Below, one piece after another: positions 7,989 through 17,028 of a stretch of DNA of 58,406 nt; position 1 is the stretch's first letter; every line of letters starts with the position of its first letter. The DNA is taken from positions 1 through 58,406 of the IMG/VR virus record IMGVR_UViG_3300042196_000102; one strand, written 5' to 3'. A model generated the notes under the pieces. That model was not told the origin of the DNA. It made no database searches and saw only the letters and a list, made by a program, of their open reading frames with translations. Position numbers and translations under genes: made by a program. The stretch comes from a virus.

Positions 7989-8365
7989 CCGTTTCTCCTT
8001 TTCAGTTGCCGGATACGGTCCCGGCACTTGGCACACTTACCACACTCGCAAGACCTCTTGTACTGGGGGAAGTACCTGTAGTCAAACTGTTTCTGTAATC
8101 GTTCAATATGGGGTGCCACCCCCGCAGACTCACAGGATAGGACCTCCCGGCAAAAAGTTGGCTCCGTGCGCCCCCGGAAGCCCGCTTTCAGTGTCCTGTA
8201 CCCATACCGGAAAGCCATCGCCGATAACTGGGCCTGCACGTTCCCACCTGTCAACGCACACAGGGCCAACTCCTGCCGCACATCCTCCTGGTTCTCCCGC
8301 AACAGTTGCCGATATCGTTGGTTGCAGATCCGTACTCCGTACCCGATGGCGTGCTCAATAGTCAT
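7985..8365 (-). CDS. Hypothetical protein with a C-terminal Cys cluster (CECGKCAKC)
   Basis: 126 aa from ATG 8365, which overlaps the upstream TGA (ATGA). Confidence 0.55.
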   Translation of the reverse strand: MTIEHAIGYGVRICNQRYRQLLRENQEDVRQELALCALTGGNVQAQLSAMAFRYGYRTLKAGFRGRTEPTFCREVLSCESAGVAPHIERLQKQFDYRYFPQYKRSCECGKCAKCRDRIRQLKRRNG

Positions 8366-9198
8366 AGCACCGAGCACCTTCCACTGTTGGGGCTGAGAAA
8401 CCGGATGGTCACGTCAAAGGTGGGGGTGATGGAGATGGAATCGGGGAGGATCACCTTGGAGGGGGTGGCAGAGGACCGGCAGGACACGATGAGGTCCGGG
8501 GAGCCTATTTGGTGGTCTGCGAAGGGGATGAGCACGGTATCGGTGGCCGTGAAGTCTTTCCCGTACCGCAGGCCCACCCGGTCCACCATCACCTGGTTGG
8601 CCGCCCCGCCCTTGGCCACTGCGATCCCGGACCCTGCATCCAGTAGGTCGCGCCGGTACGGGGCACGCCAGTCCTGGCAGGGTAGGGTCCATACCCCCGC
8701 CGTGGCATCGCACCGGTACAGCATGAAAGAGTCTGCTGCAAACTGCTCCTGGGTGGTGTCCCGCGTACAACCGGCATCGCAGGTCAGGGTGAGGGCCTTG
8801 CTGGACACTCCCATCTGCCCGTCCCGCTTGACGTACAGGAAGGCCGCCCCCGTCCCGGTGCTAAGGGTCACAGTGGCGGGTTGGGAGATGGCGAAGGCTT
8901 GATTGGTGAACCCCACCTTGCAGGGGGTGGTGGGGGTGCAGTCGGCCCCCAGAGTGAGGACCTTGGAGGTGGCAGTAAGGCTGAACGGTAGAGTGGAGGC
9001 GGGTGGGCGTGCCGAGTCCGACACCGCCCGGATACGGCCATTAGGGTCCACGGTGATCGTGAGGTCCTTGCCAGGTCCCCCGTAGACCCCGGAGACGGCC
9101 CCGGTGGGCCGCAGCACCATCTCCAGCGGGCCGTCCGGTTGCTGGCCTACCAACCAAGTGGTACTCAGCAGTACCAGCGCTACGATTGCCTTACGCAT
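8362..9198 (-). CDS. Secreted hypothetical protein (278 aa)
   Basis: ATG 9198 follows a GGAGGGCGAGG SD. The signal peptide is MRKAIVALVLLSTTWLVGQQ. The rest is beta-rich and Thr/Gly-rich. Confidence 0.7.
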   Translation of the reverse strand: MRKAIVALVLLSTTWLVGQQPDGPLEMVLRPTGAVSGVYGGPGKDLTITVDPNGRIRAVSDSARPPASTLPFSLTATSKVLTLGADCTPTTPCKVGFTNQAFAISQPATVTLSTGTGAAFLYVKRDGQMGVSSKALTLTCDAGCTRDTTQEQFAADSFMLYRCDATAGVWTLPCQDWRAPYRRDLLDAGSGIAVAKGGAANQVMVDRVGLRYGKDFTATDTVLIPFADHQIGSPDLIVSCRSSATPSKVILPDSISITPTFDVTIRFLSPNSGRCSVL

Positions 9199-9210
9199 AC
9201 CTCGCCCTCC

Positions 9211-9245
9211 ATCATGACCGATGCTTGCCCAATAGTCAACCCCCC
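9211..9245 (-). promoter_or_regulatory. Conserved phage promoter motif, copy e
   Basis: The minus strand reads GGGGGGTTGACTATTGGGCAAG, with a 17-nt spacer measured from TTGACT, then CATGAT, then the SD, then ATG 9198. Confidence 0.55.
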
Positions 9246-9257
9246 TGGCTCGGGGGC

Positions 9258-9467
9258 CTACTTGTGGGGCTGGTAGCTGGCCGTGGCGGGCGTCGCGTCG
9301 GGGTTGGAGTAGTGGGCCAGCACAGCCACCACCAACTGCAAGGCTCCCACCAGGGTTGCCGCTATCCACTGGGCCTCCCCGGTAAACACCTGCCCCGCTG
9401 CATTCAGGCCCTGGATGGCCGTGGCTAGCACCTGCACCACCCCGTTAGTTGCAATTCCGATTCTCAT
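9258..9467 (-). CDS. Small two-helix membrane protein (holin-like)
   Basis: 69 aa from ATG 9467, which follows an AAGGAGAAG SD. It has two hydrophobic segments. Confidence 0.5.
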   Translation of the reverse strand: MRIGIATNGVVQVLATAIQGLNAAGQVFTGEAQWIAATLVGALQLVVAVLAHYSNPDATPATASYQPHK

Positions 9468-9483
9468 TTTGGCTTCTCCTTTT

Positions 9484-9861
9484 CTAGAAATGTTGCTTCT
9501 TTCCTGTTCCCGGCTCACCGGTATGGTACCGCCGTATTCTGCCCACCCAATCAACAATCTTGTCTGCCGACAGGAGCAGGACCGGGATGAGCAGGGCAAA
9601 TAGTAACTGGTTGGTCTTTTCCCTCTGGACCGCCGCCTGCTCCAGGCGGTCCACCCGTAGTTGCAGGTTTAGCTCCTCCAGTCGGTCCAGCCTCTTGCTC
9701 AAGTCCCGGACTTGGTACTCAACATAAGGTGCTGTCTTGAGGTGCTCCCTAACCTCCGTCCGCTCCTGCTCGGTAAATTGGGCTAACTGGGCGGGTAGCA
9801 GGGTGAGCACGTACAACAAGGCCAGTACCATTGCTGTCAACCGCAGCCCCAAGGTTGTCAT
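9484..9861 (-). CDS. Membrane protein with TM, coiled coil and TM
   Basis: 125 aa from ATG 9861. N- and C-terminal hydrophobic helices flank an LDRLEELNLQLRVDRLEQ coiled coil. Confidence 0.5.
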   Translation of the reverse strand: MTTLGLRLTAMVLALLYVLTLLPAQLAQFTEQERTEVREHLKTAPYVEYQVRDLSKRLDRLEELNLQLRVDRLEQAAVQREKTNQLLFALLIPVLLLSADKIVDWVGRIRRYHTGEPGTGKKQHF

Positions 9862-9910
9862 TTCAACATTGCCATCCTTCCATATAAGAGCGACCGCCAT
9901 CCACACATCC

Positions 9911-11164
9911 CTATGGAATCGTGCCTGAGGACACCCAATGGATAAGGCCATACCAAGATGGCGAGTCCCCCGTGTACCCCCCAAACCCTACTTGGTCTGG
10001 GAACCCGGTGGTAGTGAAAAAGTCCCCCCTAGCCCATGTGTCAAACAACTCCCAGTGCTGGCGGTCAATCGACCAGAAGAACTTCAGGTTAGTTACCCCG
10101 TCGTCTGAAACACCAATCCAAAATGGGGACTTGGTGCCAAGGACTGCCAGAATATTCTGATTGGTTGTGCCACTGGTGGCGTGTGTGGTGCTGGCGGTCG
10201 TTGAGTTGGTCCAGCGCCGTGTTTCCAGCGTGTAGGTTGTGCTGTTCAGCCCAAAGTGAAAGGCAATCAGTTTGCCGCTGGCAGCCTCCCTAAAGAACAG
10301 CCCGCCCCGTACATCCCGGCTGCTGATAGTGCCCCCTGGAGGCTCCGAGGCCATGTTCCACAAGAACCCAGCCGAAATGAAGTAGGGGGTGGCGGGGACG
10401 GCCCGGTGACGGACAGACACGTGGCCTAAGCCACTACGGGGGCAGAACAAGTACTCGTAGCCATTGGTACTGTCGATAGTGGCTGACTCCTGATTGTCCC
10501 AGGACCAGCCAGCGGAGGGGGGTGGAGTGACTGGGTACGTGGAAAAGAAATAATTGAAGGTGTTGGCCGGATCGCAGACCACGCTGTACAAGCTGTTGGT
10601 GAAATTGAAAGTGGTCCCATCGCTACAGGTTCCAGGCAAGGCCCCAATCGTGGTCACGGTCGCCCCGCCGCCTCCTCCACCTCCTGCTTGGGGCTGCCCC
10701 AGTGTAAGGTCCACTACATATGTCCCCGCCCCTCCATTGGTGGTGGTCACTACCCCAATCACTTGCCCACTGGTCGGGTATGTCGCCCCCGCGTCCATGC
10801 AGTCCCCTGCCGTCGAGGTATCGTTGCTCACGTAATGCCCTGCCGTAGTCGCGCTATCGAAGACACAGGACGCCTTACCCTTGAAGGCAATCTGGGCGCT
10901 CCCTGTCGTCCCGGCCCCACTGACCACAATCCCCACGATACCGCTCGTGTCAGTGGTGGCGGTGATGATTACTGTGGAGGGCGCCCCGGTCAACTTGGCC
11001 AGCTTGTTCACCGTGGTCCCGGTCACCCCTTCGTTGGCGTACTCAACCGACAATGGACCGGTGTAGGTGCGGCCCATGTTCACGGTGGCCTGAGGGTAGA
11101 GGGCCGTCAGGGTGAGAATTGCTGCACCCACTACAATCACGATTGGCACTAGAAGTCTTTTCAT
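9911..11164 (-). CDS. Secreted adhesin/spike-like protein (417 aa)
   Basis: Signal peptide MKRLLVPIVIVVGAAILTLTA. It is Thr/Gly/Ser-rich, has a GGGGGGG linker, and ends in a beta-rich (lectin-like) C half. Confidence 0.7.
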   Translation of the reverse strand: MKRLLVPIVIVVGAAILTLTALYPQATVNMGRTYTGPLSVEYANEGVTGTTVNKLAKLTGAPSTVIITATTDTSGIVGIVVSGAGTTGSAQIAFKGKASCVFDSATTAGHYVSNDTSTAGDCMDAGATYPTSGQVIGVVTTTNGGAGTYVVDLTLGQPQAGGGGGGGATVTTIGALPGTCSDGTTFNFTNSLYSVVCDPANTFNYFFSTYPVTPPPSAGWSWDNQESATIDSTNGYEYLFCPRSGLGHVSVRHRAVPATPYFISAGFLWNMASEPPGGTISSRDVRGGLFFREAASGKLIAFHFGLNSTTYTLETRRWTNSTTASTTHATSGTTNQNILAVLGTKSPFWIGVSDDGVTNLKFFWSIDRQHWELFDTWARGDFFTTTGFPDQVGFGGYTGDSPSWYGLIHWVSSGTIP

Positions 11165-11167
11165 ATC

Positions 11168-12436
11168 TCAATCCTTTCGGCAGAAGATGACCCGTGTGAA
11201 GGCGCTCCGGTTGTCCGCACTGGCCCCGGAAAAGGTTGGCGCGCTCACAGTCCCGGCGGGCGTGCCGGTGTGACTATGCCCGGCCAAGGCAGCCCCGGCA
11301 AAGGTTGGCTGGGTGACTGTGCCGGTGGCCGTGACTGAGTGCTGGTGCGTCCCCATCGCATCCCCGGTAAACACTGGGGCAGAAACCGTCCCTGCTGGTG
11401 TCCCCCCAGAGACAGCCTCGGTGCTGCCACTCAGCCCCGGCGCACTGTTGGTCCCTGTCGGCGTAAAGTTTACTGTCCCATTGGTAGGCACCCCGGCGGG
11501 CCACGCGATTGTGCCAGCGGGGGTAATCGAGGCCACCCCGCCCGCCGGGTTCTGGGTGCTAGCCGTGATACCGGTGGTGTTGCTGGCGGTCGAGATGGCC
11601 GTGTTGCTGACCCCGGTGGTTGAGGCATCGCGGGTGAAGCTGTCCTGTCCCCCGTTCTGGGAGGTTGGTGCCGTCTCTATGTGGGTATGGCCAGGATCGG
11701 TGACAGAGACGGTGTGGGTGTGGTTGATGATGGAGGAGAACGGGGTCCCGGAAAAGTCTGGCACACCAGCCGGCCAGGAGATTGTCTGGGCAGGGACCGT
11801 CCCACTGGAACCAGTGAAGGTGGGAGCTGAGGCACCCAGTGTACCTACCCCGTGCAGGTGGGTTCCCAAAGCCGCCCCCGTAAAAGTGGGAGCACTGTTG
11901 GTACCGGTGGGGGTGCCTGCGCTGTCACCCGAGGTATTGGCTGAGGAGCCTGTGAAGATGGGTTGGCTAACCGTGCCGCTCGGGGTCCCGGCGCTGTCGG
12001 AGGACGTGGTGAGCGGGCTACCCATGAACGTGGGCGCACTCACGGTCCCTACTGGCGTCAGTGTATCACTCCCCCCTGTTGTCCCCACGTCCGCATGAGC
12101 CACCAACGTCCCCACCAGCCCTACCCCGTCCAGGTCCGCCGCTTCGGTAAACCCCACAGGACACCCCCCCACCTCAGTCGTCAGTAGGATGGACCCGGCT
12201 GGCACCGACCCCCCCGCGCCAGGGTAGGCGAGAGTCCAAGCCCCGGTACTGAAGCAAATATAGACCTCCTGAACGTCCAGCCGTACATACGTGGTGCCAA
12301 GCACACAGGGGGTAGGGGGGACCCCATTGCCTGTCAAATGGCCGCCCGCCCCATTCTTGCTCTCAGCCACCTGCGCGGCACTGAGTGGCCACAGTAAGCA
12401 GCCGCACAGGGCCAGCAACTTTGGCAGGTCTGTCAT
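11168..12436 (-). CDS. Fibre-like protein with SAPTFTG repeats and HxH motifs
   Basis: 422 aa from ATG 12436 (ATGA overlap). It has a signal-like N terminus, about 7 copies of G-T-x-S-A-P-x-F-x-G, and five H-x-H motifs (THLHG, HTHTV, GHTHIE, THQHS, GHSHT) like those of phage tail-fibre / tail-collar proteins. Confidence 0.65.
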   Translation of the reverse strand: MTDLPKLLALCGCLLWPLSAAQVAESKNGAGGHLTGNGVPPTPCVLGTTYVRLDVQEVYICFSTGAWTLAYPGAGGSVPAGSILLTTEVGGCPVGFTEAADLDGVGLVGTLVAHADVGTTGGSDTLTPVGTVSAPTFMGSPLTTSSDSAGTPSGTVSQPIFTGSSANTSGDSAGTPTGTNSAPTFTGAALGTHLHGVGTLGASAPTFTGSSGTVPAQTISWPAGVPDFSGTPFSSIINHTHTVSVTDPGHTHIETAPTSQNGGQDSFTRDASTTGVSNTAISTASNTTGITASTQNPAGGVASITPAGTIAWPAGVPTNGTVNFTPTGTNSAPGLSGSTEAVSGGTPAGTVSAPVFTGDAMGTHQHSVTATGTVTQPTFAGAALAGHSHTGTPAGTVSAPTFSGASADNRSAFTRVIFCRKD

Positions 12437-13332
12437 TGTACCCTCAAGCTGCACACCCATAGAGTCACAGACCCGCTTACCAAGTTGGTCACTGCCCCGT
12501 TACCGAAGTTAGGCCCACCAACAGCAATAAAGTGGCTGCTGACCGTCCCGCCCGCCGCCGCCATCGTGGTGCTCTTGAAGCTGCTGGCGTCGTAGAAAGT
12601 GGTATCGGCTACCGGGGTGGCCTCCCCAATTGAGGAAGCGGAGAGGTACTGGGTGAACGGCCCTGTCCCGTCCCCCACACTCACCGTCACGTCCGTCATG
12701 GCCCCGCCCCCGTCCGAGTAGATGGTGGAGTGCTTGGCCGTCACCCCTTGGACCTTGCCGTATTGGGGCAGGGTGAACAAGGACACATCGGCAGTCGTGG
12801 AGGCGGCGACGAAGGCCGCATTAGTGGACAGGATCGTGTAGGCCGCACACCCCGTCCCCGCCCCCCCGTTCACCACGCAGTACCCCGTGATGGAGCCAGC
12901 GAAGGTAAGGGCAACCTGGAAGGTGGCAGCATCAATGGTGAGGGAGGTGGGTTCAATGAAGGCCGGGGGTGTGGCGTTGTCGTAGCAGGAGACAAGGAGG
13001 GCCGCATGGTTGAAGCCATGCTCGGCTGCCGTGATGGTGAGGGAGGAGGCCCCGGCAAACGCCTTGGAGTAGTTTGGCCCTCCGGTGCCCACAATCGAGG
13101 TAGTCCCCCCGGAGATGGAGCAGTCTGTCCGGTTGGCCCCTGCGTTGTCCACACAAGCCACACCAGTCCCCGTAAAGTTCAGATTGGGCCGCTTGTTCAC
13201 TGCCACCGCCTCATCCAAGACGGTGTTGTAGGCGCTGGGGGCAACCCCACTGCCCATCAGGATGGAGAGAGTGAACAGCAGGAGTACCCCCACTACCACA
13301 ACCTTTGCTTTTCCTTTTCGCGTGTCTATCAT
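12433..13332 (-). CDS. Secreted/anchored Gly-Thr-Ala-rich protein (299 aa)
   Basis: N-terminal hydrophobic segment VVVVGVLLLFTLSILMG. The remainder is beta-rich and of low complexity. Confidence 0.65.
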   Translation of the reverse strand: MIDTRKGKAKVVVVGVLLLFTLSILMGSGVAPSAYNTVLDEAVAVNKRPNLNFTGTGVACVDNAGANRTDCSISGGTTSIVGTGGPNYSKAFAGASSLTITAAEHGFNHAALLVSCYDNATPPAFIEPTSLTIDAATFQVALTFAGSITGYCVVNGGAGTGCAAYTILSTNAAFVAASTTADVSLFTLPQYGKVQGVTAKHSTIYSDGGGAMTDVTVSVGDGTGPFTQYLSASSIGEATPVADTTFYDASSFKSTTMAAAGGTVSSHFIAVGGPNFGNGAVTNLVSGSVTLWVCSLRVQ

Positions 13333-13613
13333 TGTGTTCCCTCCCGTCTCGCCGCCTCCCGTCTCGCCATCACTCCCGTTGCCTCAGAACCTACCTCGAA
13401 TATACCCGCCAAAAGCTGCTGCGTGGACTCCTGCTGGACCCAAGCGGCTACCAACATGGCGGTGGTCCGGCAGTGGTTTTTGACGAGTGCCCGGTGCAGA
13501 TGCTGGCGTACCGTGTACTTGGAGATGAATAACTGTGCCGCCAACTCCTTCTGTGTCTCCCCTCTGGTTAGTCTCTCCACGATCTGCTCCTGTCGTTTAG
13601 TCAGCACGATCAC
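13329..13613 (-). CDS. LuxR/GerE-type HTH transcriptional regulator
   Basis: 94 aa with a GTG start. LTKRQEQIVERLTRGETQKELAAQLFISKYTVRQHLHRAL matches the GerE-domain HTH pattern. Confidence 0.75.
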   Translation of the reverse strand: MIVLTKRQEQIVERLTRGETQKELAAQLFISKYTVRQHLHRALVKNHCRTTAMLVAAWVQQESTQQLLAGIFEVGSEATGVMARREAARREGTQ

Positions 13614-13615
13614 CG

Positions 13616-14026
13616 CTAAGCGTCCCTATTCCATAGCCTGCCGAACATGCCACGGACCCGGCGGTACAGCCTCATGATCAACGGTGGGTTCTGGACACGT
13701 ACAAGCACGGTCGCAAGATTGTTGCTTGGATCAGTAAGAATGCTTATCTGCCCCGGCAACGGATTAAACTCGGCACTGACAGCCTCAACCAGAACGTTGC
13801 ACTCCATGTCCGGTGCTGTGTAATACCCGGCCCCTGTAATGTAGCCCGTCTTTTGGCAATCACTGACCAGCCCCCACGCCACGGGGCGATTGGTTGAGAA
13901 GTACACCGTCTCACCCGGCTGGAGCGTCACGGAGTTAGGCTGCACATCAAGCTTGACGGTCTGGGCCGTCGCAGCCGTCGCCAGTACTAGAGCCAGAATC
14001 ATTGGATGCGCCTTAATATTGGGCAT
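13616..14026 (-). CDS. Secreted small protein (136 aa)
   Basis: Signal peptide MILALVLATAATAQT, followed by a beta-rich body. Confidence 0.6.
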   Translation of the reverse strand: MPNIKAHPMILALVLATAATAQTVKLDVQPNSVTLQPGETVYFSTNRPVAWGLVSDCQKTGYITGAGYYTAPDMECNVLVEAVSAEFNPLPGQISILTDPSNNLATVLVRVQNPPLIMRLYRRVRGMFGRLWNRDA

Positions 14027-15062
14027 ACGTGATACTCCCCCCTCCAGTTACCCCAGCCCCAAGGTTGACACATAGGGCTTGGGAGGCCCCAATCAACAGG
14101 GGGCTGTCGAAGTCCAAGGCCACCGTCAGGATGTCCTGGTACACCCCAGTCACGTCCGCCGTCCCCACAGCACAATTGGCCCCCGTGCCCTGGGTCAGCT
14201 TGAGGTCCACGGTAGAAGCAAAGCTGATACTGAGGTGGCACACCCGTATCTGGGTGGCTCCTGATAGGGCAACAATCTCGGTGTCTCCGGCCCCTGTCAG
14301 AGAGACGACCGCGTGATTGTTGCACACGGCCTTGCGGTCCCAGCTCGCCCCATTCCAGTGGTAGGGGAATATGAGTAGAGGCTGAGCACCCCCCGCGATA
14401 AGGGACCCCGAGTTGGCCCGCGCATCCCCCGGCGTGGTTGAGGTGGATACCGGTTGGGCAGTCCCCCCGGTCGGGTCGATGCGTAGTGGGTTCCCAACAG
14501 TCCCTACCGCGTTGACCCCATCGCTCAGAAACACTGGCCAGCGGTTTGCCTGCACAGCCGGTGTGCCTTGGTTGGCGGTTACTGTCCCTAACGCTCCAAC
14601 GAGCACAGTTGCCACGGGGACTTGGCGGTACCCGTAGAAGGTGCCCCGCAGGCGCCGCCCGGCCCCGGCCACGGCTCCCGAGAGGGTGATCCGCAGCCAG
14701 GAGTCCGCCGTCGTAGCCGTGGCATACATGATGGTGTTGGCCCCGGTGATGGCTACATTGGGGTTCACGCCCTCCACAATCGTACCGGTGAAGGCCACAA
14801 ACGCCCCCGGTACCCCGTTGTTGTCGGGGGCCTGCTGGAAAGTGAGGGTGATGGCCGGGAAGCCCGTGGACTGGTAGGTAACGTAGAAAGTTTTACAGCC
14901 GATGAACCGGTTATCGAAGGGGCTGGTTGGCTGCGACCCGTTGTCGGTGAAGTCAAAAAAGATCAAACAATCCGGGGTTACATTAACAGGGGTTGTCAAT
15001 GGTTGACTTCTCAGTACACCTGTTAGCATCAGCATCACTGACATCACTACAAACTTTTTCAT
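14013..15062 (-). CDS. Secreted hypothetical protein (349 aa)
   Basis: ATG 15062 gives MKKFVVMSVMLMLTGVLRSQP, a signal peptide. The track start at 15110 is probably over-extended. Confidence 0.65.
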   Translation of the reverse strand: MKKFVVMSVMLMLTGVLRSQPLTTPVNVTPDCLIFFDFTDNGSQPTSPFDNRFIGCKTFYVTYQSTGFPAITLTFQQAPDNNGVPGAFVAFTGTIVEGVNPNVAITGANTIMYATATTADSWLRITLSGAVAGAGRRLRGTFYGYRQVPVATVLVGALGTVTANQGTPAVQANRWPVFLSDGVNAVGTVGNPLRIDPTGGTAQPVSTSTTPGDARANSGSLIAGGAQPLLIFPYHWNGASWDRKAVCNNHAVVSLTGAGDTEIVALSGATQIRVCHLSISFASTVDLKLTQGTGANCAVGTADVTGVYQDILTVALDFDSPLLIGASQALCVNLGAGVTGGGSITYAQY

Positions 15063-15073
15063 GTCTAATAACC

Positions 15074-16675
15074 TCACTTTCTGGGCCAGAAAAACCCCGT
15101 GCACGCGCACACAATCTGGGTATTGACGGGTAGTATTCCACCGCTCCCATTGGGCACATTCACGATGTACTCCACCTGCTGCAAGCTGTACACCGGGATG
15201 CCATCGTCCAGGGGGTGCGTCTCACTCAGACTCCCCAGACTCACCAGCACATTCCCCAAGTACTGCGCGTAGGTCCGGTTGATCTTCAGGCGCCACTCAA
15301 TGTCTCCGTTGCCTTCCAAGAACCCCGGCCCCGTATAGTGCTGGGTCAGGCCGTGGATCACCCCATCATAACCCATCGGGATGGTGAACCGGAGCACCAG
15401 CACATCCCCAGCAGCAGCAAGGGGGGTGGGGATGGCCCCGACCTTGCGGAACTCGATGGCCCCCTTTGGCAACCTGACCCACTTGAAATGATCATTGGGA
15501 TCACGGACACAGCACACCGAGCGGGCCGGGATCTGGCGGGCCGGGTCCACTTCTTTCCACAACGAGTGGTCCCAATAGTTGGGGACTAGCACAACCATCC
15601 GACGGCTACCACCTTGGACTTGAGCTGTCAGTGGGGTCGGTGGTGCTGGTACCTCGTTTTCGCTGTAGTATGAGGTGCAGAAGTTAAGGTAGTCATAGGC
15701 AAAGATGTACGCCAGCCCACCATCGGGGCGCACGGTTGGGGGCATTGCGTTATGAAAAGGCTCGTGTGTATCGGGTGGAGTGCAGTTGGTCTGGTCATGC
15801 CAGAGGAATGGTCCGTTGAAAGCCAAACCGTCGTAAGTGAAGTAATACACGCTCAGGTCTGCTGCAAAAAAGATGTATGCTTTACCTCCACCCTCCGTCG
15901 CCATGGGGAGACTACCCTGGATGCCCAGATCCACCATACTGATGGCCGGACTCGTGCTGGTGTATGAGTCCACGATAGCCACACCCACATTACCCGAGGC
16001 CAGTCTACCTGGGATCAGCAGTTTGGAACCAAGAAATGCGGGCCATGCGGACACGTTTGTGGCACCAAATGCCAATGCGACTGGCGTTGTGGCAACACCG
16101 GCGGTAGAGACTTGGATATAGTTGAACGTCTTGGGGCCGCTGTTACCATAAACTGCATGGAGGACCCCGTTCGGGTCTACTCGGCACACCCATACGTTAG
16201 GAGTAGCCACAATGAGCGCCCCAGCTGTCCACGTGTCTGCACCAGGATTGTAGGTCGCCACATTCAGGCTGGTTCCATACGCAACCCGTATAAGACTCCC
16301 CCAGTACCCAGCACCCCACACGGTCAGTGCGTTGGGGCCACCTGCTCCTGTGGTACCCCACAAGTTGGTGGCCATATTGAATGATCCCAAGCGTAATTTA
16401 GAATCACCTTGAGTCGTTACCCACCGGATTACATTGCCATCTTGGAGTTGCGCTGCCTGGAAGGTAGGAGCGTTGCCGATATCTTGTGGGGTCCACGTCA
16501 AGCCGCCATCTACACTCTTGCGAGCTTCCACAATGTCGGTAGCCAGATTGAACCAGATCACGTACCGATCGGTACCCCGGAACCACGGGCCGATTGGGGT
16601 GCCTGAGTATGACCGGAACTGGGTGGTACCAAAATTCACCGTGTCTAGTTGTGACAGAACTGGAAGGCAACTCAT
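15074..16675 (-). CDS. Beta-propeller (BNR/Asp-box) protein with a shared C-terminal domain, paralog 1
   Basis: 533 aa. It has a perfect Asp-box, SVDGGLTW. The C-terminal ~180 aa (PNYWDHSLW ... GYDGVIHG ... GPGFLEGNGDIEWRLKINR ... TGFFWPRK) aligns with 17029-18738 and 19596-20258. Confidence 0.75.
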   Translation of the reverse strand: MSCLPVLSQLDTVNFGTTQFRSYSGTPIGPWFRGTDRYVIWFNLATDIVEARKSVDGGLTWTPQDIGNAPTFQAAQLQDGNVIRWVTTQGDSKLRLGSFNMATNLWGTTGAGGPNALTVWGAGYWGSLIRVAYGTSLNVATYNPGADTWTAGALIVATPNVWVCRVDPNGVLHAVYGNSGPKTFNYIQVSTAGVATTPVALAFGATNVSAWPAFLGSKLLIPGRLASGNVGVAIVDSYTSTSPAISMVDLGIQGSLPMATEGGGKAYIFFAADLSVYYFTYDGLAFNGPFLWHDQTNCTPPDTHEPFHNAMPPTVRPDGGLAYIFAYDYLNFCTSYYSENEVPAPPTPLTAQVQGGSRRMVVLVPNYWDHSLWKEVDPARQIPARSVCCVRDPNDHFKWVRLPKGAIEFRKVGAIPTPLAAAGDVLVLRFTIPMGYDGVIHGLTQHYTGPGFLEGNGDIEWRLKINRTYAQYLGNVLVSLGSLSETHPLDDGIPVYSLQQVEYIVNVPNGSGGILPVNTQIVCACTGFFWPRK

Positions 16676-17022
16676 TTATGCACCGACACTTTCAGATTGA
16701 ATGACTCATCCAAGACCATCAGCCTGTACTGCCTGACCAAAGGGGTGGCCACTAGTTTCATCCACATCTCCTCCGAGGCGTGGTGTGGAATGGCGTCCAT
16801 ACCCAGTTTCAGGAACTCTGGGCCAACTTGCTCGTCCATTGCCTCTACAGACTCAGCAGAAATTCCCAAGTCTAGGCAATACACCTTATCCCGCTCAATC
16901 AGGTAGTGTAGAGCAGTGATCCGGCGCACTGTCCGTTCCCTCAACCGGGGCAGTTGTGTCCGCATATGCTCTACGTAACGGGGGTCATCTAGTGGCAATG
17001 CAAATATCTCGGCTCTGGTCAT
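16672..17022 (-). CDS. Hypothetical protein (116 aa) preceding propeller paralog 1
   Basis: ATGA overlap with the downstream gene. It is somewhat AT-richer than its surroundings. It could be an assembly chaperone, but this rests on position only. Confidence 0.55.
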   Translation of the reverse strand: MTRAEIFALPLDDPRYVEHMRTQLPRLRERTVRRITALHYLIERDKVYCLDLGISAESVEAMDEQVGPEFLKLGMDAIPHHASEEMWMKLVATPLVRQYRLMVLDESFNLKVSVHK

Positions 17023-17028
17023 TTCCCT

